From Pecten maximus (Eukaryota): 64,000 nt of DNA. The position numbers and the translations under genes were made by a program. Below are positions 23,535 to 33,173 of this stretch, in pieces; the first letter of the stretch is position 1; each line of letters begins with the position of its first letter. The notes under the pieces are model-generated. The model was not told the DNA's origin. It saw only the letters and a list, made by a program, of their open reading frames with translations, and did no database searches. The stretch is taken from the NCBI RefSeq assembly GCF_902652985.1, contig NC_047015.1, forward strand, positions 46,872,001 to 46,936,000, written 5' to 3'.

Positions 23535-26500
23535 ATGGCGGAAATTAACAACCATTCCAATCAAGAAGAACAGGTTAATGCACTCATTTGCATACACATT
23601 TGATTTTCGATGTGCCTTTGTATTAGTTTTCTCATCTGACTAGATCAAATCCACGATCTTTCCAATGTAAAACGCATATATTTTTGAGGTGTGCTCTGTG
23701 AGTCAGTGGTTCTAATGTTGAGTAAGACTTAAAAATATCAGTTTGAGGTATTATCTTATTTTGGACTTTGATCTTAAACAGGCATATTAATGATAAGTAT
23801 TGTTGGTGATGCCATTTGTATAACAAAAAAAGATGATAATAATAATTTCTGGTAGATTATATAATTAGTAGTCTACTAGAATCGAGTAGATTATGTAGAC
23901 CAATTCACAAGAATGCCTAAATGGATGTGCATAGATCTAGATCTAGCTATGGTTCTAGATACCCAACCCATGCTTTTTTTTCTAAAAAGAAAATATGATA
24001 TTCACTGTAGTTTTATAACCAAAAGTAAATGTGTATTTGCTGGTGGAGTTGCTAGTTAATCAAGTGATCATTGAATTAATCATAATTTAGATTACTAGCA
24101 TTATTTTGTAATTGACTTAATAAAATATTGAGATTTCTTGGTTTTAAGAAGATGAAATCACCTGAAATGTTTCTGAGAGGTTTTGAATTTTGTTAGTGTC
24201 CAATAAAATCTGTAGGTTTTGGGTTGAAATTGAGGCCTGGTTGTTTCATGTTCCCTTTTATCTTTATAATACATGCACATATGACACCCATTGCAAATTA
24301 AACTGATTATAAGTGTCAGATACATTGTTAAATATGTAAAAATATATTGGAACTAGTATACTGGATTGATTGCCAATAACCGTTTTTTGATGAATGACAT
24401 AGTAGCTCAATTGGTGTAACAAGCTTTTGTTTGGAGGTCCTTGTTCAAATCATGATCACCTGTTACATCATACAACAAGAAGACTACAAACAAGACTCAT
24501 TCTATTCTCCAAAATCATACACCAACATGTATCCATAGAATACAGCAACATCCTTCACCCAACAGACTCTAGAACCAGACAAGCACACCCCTTACCCTAC
24601 ACTTACAAACGGAAATCTGCTACCAAGGACACATATAAATTCTCCTTCTTTCCTCGCACAATTACACAATGGAACCTCCTCCCGGTAGCAGCAGTACAGT
24701 GCACCACACTAGAGCGCTTCAAGGCACACATACCACACTCAGTCATTGAACCCCTCATAAACAAACACTAGGTCACAATGATTTTTTTTATCCTTTTAAC
24801 TATACTAATAAAAAAAAAAACAATTAATTAGCGCCTCTTGTGCACCCACACTCCCATAATCATCATTATTGATGGTGGAGAGTCATTATAAGCAGAAGAA
24901 CCATGCTGTTGTAAATTTCATAAAATTGTCAAAAGTTCATGCTGCCGTAAGAAAGTTTCATCTTAATTAAAACCTGGTGACCTGTTAACATTGAACTTGA
25001 TGAGCTTTAATGACAGCCGAGGAATTGCATGCATTTTATTCAATTACATAATTCTCCCAACTTTCCTTAACATTTACAGCAGCATAATGAGTTGAATGAG
25101 GTAAAGAGAAGTCTTGAAGGATGGAGAGAAGTCCTTCTTCCATTGAATGGTCTCTTGAACTGGGAGAAAACCTATCATCCAGCCATCATCATCGGATTAA
25201 ATACATTCATCTTCCTGTAAGTTCATAGCTGCCATGTTATACATCTACTTGATCCCTGTGGTCAGGGTAAATATGTATGAATAATTGTTGTCCTAACAGA
25301 CAAGTCGTGCTATTTCTTTTTTGACATTGTGTCATTATTGTCCATTTATGGTACACATTTACACCCATGACCCATAACTTGGCATAAGCAGATTATGAGC
25401 TAACATCATTAACGACAAAGGTTAATCAGTTAAGATGATAAATTAACTTCATTATAGATAAGGAGGTGCCAGGTCAATATGTAATTGTTTTATAAACAGT
25501 GTATATTTGAATATTAAAGCAAGAACATAGAAAAAATGTACTCGGGTATATCTGGACTGAATCTTAGTTATTTTTATTGATAACTTCATGTTTAGAATTT
25601 TTTACCAGAATGTGTTATTAGAGTGTTTAGTTTGATACTGGGCATTTAAGAATAAAAACTCTTTAGTTTGATTTAATAGTAAAATACTGCCACAAATATT
25701 AAAATAAACCTCTGAATAATCTAGGTTGATATGGTACTTTGAGCCGTCAGTCCTGACCTCCTTTGCCCTGTTGGGATTGGCTGTGAGTCTCATTGATTTT
25801 CTCGTGCCTATGATTGGTCCAAACTTCCTGGCATCCAAATGGTAAGTTCTTTTTGAGAAATATTCTTGACTCGGCCTCCATTAATTGGCTCAAGTTCTGT
25901 CATCCAAGGAATGTTGTCAACAATCCTTTGATAAATTTGATAATTTGAAATAGTATTCTGGCATCTAAATACAATGTAGTAGATATTCTTGACTCCTTAA
26001 TAATTTTGCTCTGCAAACCCTGAAACTTGAAACCTTTACTAAAAGAATTCCACAATGGATGACACCATGCTTGAAATGAGTTATGTTAAAAGATATTTTT
26101 GCTGTTTTGAATTTAGAAATATTCTAAATTTCATTAATTACTTTTTTGAAATCATATATAAAGACAGTTATATACATTTGGAGAGAAACCATGTATATAA
26201 CTTGTACATTGTAATAAATATTATTCACCTGTCTTAACTATCACAGTTAAGTTAGTAATATGATAAAAATAAAATATTATATATTATATGAATATATCAA
26301 AATAAATAAATAGCACGAAGATAAATAAATAATATCACACTTTATAATTATGGATATCATAAAAATGAATACCGGATAATTTATGCATTGAACAAGTAAT
26401 ATCATAATAAATTGTTATTTTTACACACCAGGACTGGTCGCCAGGAACAACAGTACGAGGATATCTGTAGGAGAATTATGAATTTCAAGTATCATTCTAG

Positions 26501-29500
26501 AAATCTGATGGAATCTATGGTGTCCTTGAAGACAGAAAGGCCCAAAACAGTGAGCACCCTAACTGTTAATGTTTAAATAAAGCCTTTCATGACTGTACTT
26601 GTTTACAAATCAGTAGGATTTTAATGGGAGTGATTAACAGTGACCCGTAATCATTAACGTTGTCCCTTCATTTTTTCACCAGAAAATTTTTACATTAACT
26701 GTTAATAATTTGTGGTTGTCACATTATTTGCAGTATTTTCTGCCTACTAACTGGGGCAGCAGATCTATATCCTAACAATGAAAGTATGTGTATATAACAT
26801 TATGTATACCAAAAATCAAATGGTTTGTGTCTGTATATTTTTGAACATTTATCAAATAAAGACAGGCAACATGTTAATGATTCTGGAATCAAAAAAAAAC
26901 AACATACATATGTAATATGTCTGACAAAAAAAACAGACTTTATATAGATATTTGATTTGCTTTGAATGAAATAGTATGTAATAAGAGCATCCCTATAAAC
27001 ATATCTTTTTCCCTAGACACAATTTGTAAAATATGACTAAAAATCTTCTATCCAAAATTAATTCTGTACTTGATGATTTAGAAAGCCATTCTGACTGTTA
27101 GTATTTTCTATGAATTTCAACTACAAACATGTCTTTTTTAACTTTGGGATACCTTATCTAATTCTCGTTACATGTTTGTGGACATCCAGAACTTTTTTTT
27201 TTTTTGTATTTGTTTTATTTTTTCAGAGATTTTCATACAGTGTAAAGTACATAGTATACAATTGTATTCAGAATAATCATTATTACAGCACCATAGAACT
27301 GTAGATGATCCAACACAAATACATACATCTTAATCCAGATTCATAAAATCATTCACTTTTGATGAACTTTCTTAATGTTACTTTCCCACTGTATTTAAAG
27401 AAAGGAAGAAAGCAGAAGAGAAGTTGTAGAGCAAACAGAAAAATCATAACAATAACGCAATAGGAACGAAACAAGAAACATGGACAAAGACATATATATA
27501 GTAACAAAGACAGACATAGAGACAGAGAGAGAGAGGGAGAGAGAGAGACAGAGAGAGGTATCAGAAAATCTAATATTTACAGTATGGACTGTAGTCTAAC
27601 CCAAATGTACCCAGGACAGACAGAATTGCTGGTAAGACAATTTAGGTCTGACTTATAATTAGACCAGCTTTACTGTATATGAATGAAGACTGGCAAGGGA
27701 AAGACAAGAGGATTTAAACATGTATTGTCGTCAGCAAGTGTCATCACATATGATTATAGCAATAAAATTTTATTTTGAATCTTATAGAAACAATAATATG
27801 TATTAACTTTGGTTAAATATAACATTACAAAGTATAGCAGTACATAAGAATCTAAGGACAATAATCAGCAAATTGAAGTTCTAAGAGATATTAAGTAATT
27901 TTTGCCACTTTTTCCATTCATTTTGAAAATTTTCCTTATACTTGTCCCCTTTACCCATTGCAATATATTTTTGTGTAACATAATGATCTTTAATAGTTTT
28001 TTTGAGACCAGTCAAAGATAAATTATTTTGTAGACACCTTGTTGAATAAATATACTGTTTAATAATTAAAATGATTGTACTGTCTATTGGTGTTCTTATT
28101 CCATCTTGATTATATAATCCAAAAATAAAAGTTTCCTTATTATATGCGAAAGGTATCATTAAAGAATCTAATAAAAACTCAAAATTTTGTAACATAACTT
28201 GCACCTTATCACATTCCCAAAGTGTATGTTCTATTGTTTCAATATCAGTTTTGCACCAGTAGCAATACGGATTTTCTGCTATTCCTGCCTTAAATAGAAA
28301 TGAATTTGTTGTTAAGATGTGTTGATTAATTCTATATTGTAGCCACTGTAGTTTTGAATTTTTGGTTATATAAAATGGCAATTTGTATATTTTCCTCCAT
28401 GTTTCATTATCAAAGTTGAAGATATCCCATTTTTTTCTTCCAGTGGATATTATGTTATTTTTACTGAGTAAATAGTAAAAGTCTTTTGTTCCCTTTTTAC
28501 TGCGAAAAAGAATTTCCATATCAATTGGTATAAATGGGTATATAGGAGATGATAGTTCCTGTTTCTGAATATGTTTTCTAATAGCTGAGATAAGTCCTTG
28601 ATATTTAAGGATGTTTGTATTAATATCAAAGACTCGTTGAAATTCTTCGAAGGAGTAAAATGAATTATTGTTTTTGTTTATTAAGTCACTAATTACAATA
28701 ATTCCTTTATTGTACCAATCTTGATAAAAAATATTCTGATTATCTACTTTAATTAATTTATTATACCAAATTGGTGTTTTAGCCAACATATCTGGGGATT
28801 CATATAAATTGTTTTTGTTAGAGAGTTTTATCCATGCTTTAAAGACATCTTTCCAGAATAGATTTTTACATTTATTGTGACATATTGAGATATATTCCAT
28901 CCCACAGTTAGCCATAAGGTGATCATCAGCAAAAGATCTAAGAATTAACTGCCATTTACTTGAACTTGTAAAAAGTCTCCTTAACCATGTTAGCTTCAAA
29001 GATTCAATAAATGACTTCACATGTAACATTTTTAGCCCCCCATCAATGTATTTTTTAATAGTTACATCTCTTTTCACCTTATCTATTTTACTTTTCCAAA
29101 GAAAACAATACAATTCTGTGTTTAATTTTTTCAGGAAATTCTCATCTGGATTTGGCAAAGAGATAAAGAGATGATTGAACTGAGAAATTAATAAAGCCTT
29201 TATAATATGAATTCTACCGATTGGAGTTAAGACTCGTCGTTCCCAAATTCTAATAAGTGCCTTTAACTTTACTAATTTCTTATCATAATTTAGTTTAGGT
29301 ATTCGATGAAGGTCAACATGAAATTCAATTCCTAAAAGTGTAAATGTTTGATTTCCCCACTGTAGATTCAGTTCAGGGTAGACAACTTCATCACTATATT
29401 TTTTGCTTCCAATCCAAATAGCCTGGGTTTTAGATACATTTATTTTCAATCCTGATATTTTTGCAAAAGATTTTAATTCATCAATAGATTCTTTAAGGGA

Positions 29501-32500
29501 TTTCTCTGTTCCATCCAAGATCAGTGAAGTGTCATCAGCATATTGAGACAGTAAAATAGGAATATTATCAACATCAATACCTTTTATATTATTATTATTC
29601 CTTATTCTAATAGCTAAGATTTCAGCACACATTATAAATATGTATGGTGCAATTGGGTCTCCCTGCCTACAGCCTCTCTCTATTTCAAAAAATGGAGACA
29701 GATTTCCCCCTTGATTAATCGCTGAGCTTGAATTGTTTTGTAGAACCTTCACCCATTTCTTAATATCTTTCCCAAATTTAAAAAAATCGAGAACTTTATC
29801 AATAAACTTCCAGGAAACAGAGTCAAAAGCCTTTTCAAAATCAATAATCAACAACATTCCAGGTATATTTTTATCTTCTGCATATTGCATAATATCATAA
29901 ACAATTCGAGTGTTTTCCCCAATATAACGTCCCGAGATGAAACCTGTTTGATCAGTATGAATTAATTTGTTCAAAACTATTTTTATTCGGTTAGCTATTG
30001 ATCCTGATGCAATTTTATAAATAATATTGAGTAAAGAAATTGGTCTCCAGTTTTTAAGATATTGTCGAGGCTTATCTCCCTTAGGTATACATGTTATTAT
30101 GCCCTGTCTTTGTGTAATTGATAATTGACCCTGATTGAACCCATAATTAATTGATCTGACTATAAAAGTACCTAACTGTTTCCAGAAGCATTTAAAAAAT
30201 TCCACAGTAAACCCATCAGAGCCTGGGCTTTTATTATTTTTCATAGCTTTTAAAGTATTTGATGCTTCATTAAGAGTAATTATACCTTCTAATTTGTTAG
30301 ATTGTGCCTCTGTTAATTTTGGAATATCAATATCTTTTAAAAAATCACCTAGGTGAATATCCTCTATAGAATGATCAATTGTATACAATTTTTTATAAAA
30401 ATGTTTTACCTCATCAAGAATTTCTGCTTGTTTAGTTATTTTATCACCATTTTCTTTCTCTATCATTGGTATTAATTTTGAGGTGTAATTTCTGTTTTCT
30501 AAATTTAAGAAATAATGTGTTGGTTTTTCACCCTCTTCTACCCATTTAGCTCTAGATCGAATTAAGCTACCTTTTAATTTATTCAATCTTATATCTTGTA
30601 ATTCTTGTTTTTTTTCATTCACCCTGTCTATTTCAACCTCATTACTATCTTCTAGTTCACGTATAGTTTCTATAAGTCTACTTTCGTTCAAATTCTGTAT
30701 CCTTTTTTTATATGACGAGTGGGAAATGGTTTTGCCTCGAATTTCTATTAAAAGTGTTTCCAAAAAAAGTTGATCGCTTATCATAAATTGTATATCAGAA
30801 TCAGGTATATTGCTGATGTTTTCTAAATGATAAACTGGAAGAGCATATTGTCTTTTAATGTCTAAAATAAGTTTATTTATAAGTTCTAAGTAATCTAAAT
30901 CATGTAAAAGTGAATTGTTAAACTTCCATAATCCTTTTCCTTTTCTGAATTCGTTAAACTTTAAAGCAATTACAGGAAGTGAATGATCTGTCCTATAGCC
31001 TGGTTCAATATTTGAATAATGAATGCTTGGTAATAAATTGTCTGAAATAAGAAAAAGATCTAGCCTAGCTTGTTTAACAGGATTACTTCTCCTCCATGTG
31101 TATCTTCTATTTTCTGGATGTTGTTCTCTATATATATCTACCATTCCCAACTCTTCTATAAGTTCAATTATTTTATCCCTGGCTTTTGGGTTATTGATAT
31201 TTTTATAGCTTTTATCATAATCCACTGTAGGGTTCAAAACTAAGTTAAAATCACCACATATTATAAAAGAATCATTGCCAAATAGATTAATAGTTTCAGT
31301 TAAGTTTTCATAAAATTCTGGATTGTCTGAATTAGGGCCATATAGTGTAATTAATGTTACTTTTCTACCTTCTATCCTCATATCAAGTGCCAAAAAATTA
31401 CCAGACAACTCCCTTTTTACCTGCAATACTTTTACTTCAAAATTGTTATTGAGTAAAATTGCTACCCCCCGTGCATTTGATCTGAATGAATTAAAATAGC
31501 AGTCATTACCCCATTCTGCTCTAATTATATTTTCAAGTTCAGGAGTGAAATGTGTATCCTGTAAACAGAAAATATTATAATGCTTATTTTTCAAGTAAGA
31601 AAAAACATCTTTTCTTTTATGTCTATCTCCTAGACCTTGACAGTTTGCTGATATTATCTTTATACACTCAACAAGTTACATATCTAAACCGTTTATCTTA
31701 TTAGAATCATTGACCATATATGTGACACAGCCTAAGACAACGTGAGAGAGCAGGAGCTCTAGCGGAGCCCTTGCCAGCAGCAGAATAGTAATAAATCTGA
31801 CACTCAAGAAGAAAAGGAAAGGAAGCAGTGATAGACATAAGGAAAAAACACAGAAAAACATAGATGAGATCAGAGACATATATACATATATGTCTCTGCT
31901 GAGATCAAACAAAAAATAAGAAAAAAGAGAAAGAAATGACACACTATCGACTATACCTAAATCATATTCTACTTGCTTTACCTGTACTCTTACACCTTGC
32001 ACATTTGTTTCCTTTTCATCCATGCATACTTTCACAATATTCCACACCGCATACATACAGCAAGAAGTGAAACCGGAAGTCAGCAGTACTACTATAACAT
32101 AACCAGAAAAGAAACCTGTGGCGGATCATATTATCCGTCTTGCTATATGTCCAGTTGCATTGGTTAATAGGATATATCATAAAATTCTTAACAGGGTGGC
32201 GAGTATTTCCCACCTACACCAAGAGTTACAAGTATTTTTTTATACCGATACTATTTACAGGCCTATGATGATATACAAGTGAATTCTGAATTCAGCAGTA
32301 CTACATTACCAGAAAAGTAACCATTGAATACTGTGGAATACTGAAAAAAAAAATTTTTTTTTCGTTTTTTTTTCTTTTCTTTGGGTCATACATAAGTGAT
32401 GTAGATTCAACCATATATATGTTATGGTGATGCATTATAATACATTGATATAAAGACATCCAGAACTTAATCATCTTATATATGGTTTTCTTTCAGTATT

Positions 32501-33173
32501 TCCTTATCGTGATGGGAGCGTTAGTGTCTATGGCTTGGATGGGAAGTAAAATGGACAACCTTCTACTCACCTATTTCCTAAGTAAATATACTCATGTCTA
32601 TTTGTGTTGGTTATAGACACATGTATGTTGTTTAAGTTAAGTTATATATATTTTTTTATATTTATATACAATTTATATCCAGGTCTGCCTTATATGTAAT
32701 GACAATAACATGTCTACCGTTAGTGTAATGACAATAACATGTCTACCTTTAGTGTAATGACATAACACATGTCTACCGTTAGTGTAATGACGTAACACAT
32801 GTCTACCTTTAGTGTAATGACGTAACACATGTCTACCTTTAGTGTAATGATGTAACACATGTCTACCTTTAGTGTAATGATGTAACACATGTCTAACTTT
32901 AGTGTAATGACGTAACACATGTCTACCTTTAGTGTAATGATGTAACACATGTCTACCTTTAGTGTAATGACGTAACACATGTCTACCTTTAGTGTAATGA
33001 CGTAACACATGTCTACCTTTAGTGTAATGAGATATGTTTATATTTCAGTTACCATGATAATGTTGGTTCCTGGTATAAGACGCCATGGCATCCTGCAGAA
33101 GTATTTCTCACGAGCATTTGGTGTGATTACGTCACTGATCAGAGGAAAAACCAAGAGGTTCAAGTCCAGTTAG
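23535..33173 (+). CDS. ARL6IP1: ADP-ribosylation factor-like protein 6-interacting protein 1 (ER-shaping reticulon-like protein), ~206 aa
   Basis: Exons 23535-23573, 25080-25216, 25725-25841, 26432-26549, 32497-32581, 33049-33173 total 621 nt. Motifs LEGWREVLLPLNGLLNWEK..P, EPSVLT, WTGRQEQQYEDIC, RPKTYF, DNLLLTYF, LVPGIRRHGIL. Confidence 0.93.
24470..24900 (+). mobile_element. 5'-truncated CR1/L2-group LINE 3' end in ARL6IP1 intron 1
   Basis: RR..RLILFSKII..RTRQAH..YKFSFFPRTITQWNLLP ORF2 C-terminus, then 3'UTR and AGAAGAA tail. Confidence 0.8.
27195..32454 (-). mobile_element. Tx1/L1-clade non-LTR retrotransposon, 5'-truncated (no ORF1), antisense in ARL6IP1 intron 4
   Basis: Perfect 14-bp TSD GACATCCAGAACTT at 27181-27194 and 32455-32468. 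Poly(A) tail and AATAAA at ~27195-27220 on the minus strand. 3'UTR of ~690 nt with (CT)n. ORF2 is APE-RT-zf. Confidence 0.95.
27881..31675 (-). CDS. LINE ORF2: AP endonuclease + reverse transcriptase + C-terminal zf-RVT (1264 codons stop-to-stop)
   Basis: APE motifs IISANCQGL, CLQDTH, GDFN, RLD, TDH. RT motifs KSPGSDG, WRPISLLN, DFEKAFDSV, GCRQGDP, YADD. Cys/His motif CYWC..ETIEHTLWEC. Confidence 0.96.
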   Translation of the reverse strand, partial: LVECIKIISANCQGLGDRHKRKDVFSYLKNKHYNIFCLQDTHFTPELENIIRAEWGNDCYFNSFRSNARGVAILLNNNFEVKVLQVKRELSGNFLALDMRIEGRKVTLITLYGPNSDNPEFYENLTETINLFGNDSFIICGDFNLVLNPTVDYDKSYKNINNPKARDKIIELIEELGMVDIYREQHPENRRYTWRRSNPVKQARLDLFLISDNLLPSIHYSNIEPGYRTDHSLPVIALKFNEFRKGKGLWKFNNSLLHDLDYLELINKLILDIKRQYALPVYHLENISNIPDSDIQFMISDQLFLETLLIEIRGKTISHSSYKKRIQNLNESRLIETIRELEDSNEVEIDRVNEKKQELQDIRLNKLKGSLIRSRAKWVEEGEKPTHYFLNLENRNYTSKLIPMIEKENGDKITKQAEILDEVKHFYKKLYTIDHSIEDIHLGDFLKDIDIPKLTEAQSNKLEGIITLNEASNTLKAMKNNKSPGSDGFTVEFFKCFWKQLGTFIVRSINYGFNQGQLSITQRQGIITCIPKGDKPRQYLKNWRPISLLNIIYKIASGSIANRIKIVLNKLIHTDQTGFISGRYIGENTRIVYDIMQYAEDKNIPGMLLIIDFEKAFDSVSWKFIDKVLDFFKFGKDIKKWVKVLQNNSSSAINQGGNLSPFFEIERGCRQGDPIAPYIFIMCAEILAIRIRNNNNIKGIDVDNIPILLSQYADDTSLILDGTEKSLKESIDELKSFAKISGLKINVSKTQAIWIGSKKYSDEVVYPELNLQWGNQTFTLLGIEFHVDLHRIPKLNYDKKLVKLKALIRIWERRVLTPIGRIHIIKALLISQFNHLFISLPNPDENFLKKLNTELYCFLWKSKIDKVKRDVTIKKYIDGGLKMLHVKSFIESLKLTWLRRLFTSSSKWQLILRSFADDHLMANCGMEYISICHNKCKNLFWKDVFKAWIKLSNKNNLYESPDMLAKTPIWYNKLIKVDNQNIFYQDWYNKGIIVISDLINKNNNSFYSFEEFQRVFDINTNILKYQGLISAIRKHIQKQELSSPIYPFIPIDMEILFRSKKGTKDFYYLLSKNNIISTGRKKWDIFNFDNETWRKIYKLPFYITKNSKLQWLQYRINQHILTTNSFLFKAGIAENPYCYWCKTDIETIEHTLWECDKVQVMLQNFEFLLDSLMIPFAYNKETFIFGLYNQDGIRTPIDSTIILIIKQYIYSTRCLQNNLSLTGLKKTIKDHYVTQKYIAMGKGDKYKENFQNEWKKWQKLLNIS
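32696..33030. repeat. Minisatellite, 11 x 30 bp, in ARL6IP1 intron 5
   Basis: Unit YGTAACACATGTCTACCTTTAGTGTAATGA. Confidence 0.95.

Noticed and set aside
31676-32056. 126-aa ORF as LINE ORF1
   Set aside because: It is a low-complexity translation of a CT-rich spacer with no RRM, zinc knuckle or coiled coil.
32265-32344. Box C/D snoRNA (ATGATGA...CTGA)
   Set aside because: No terminal stem, no recognisable rRNA or snRNA guide, and it lies inside the TSD-bounded LINE.
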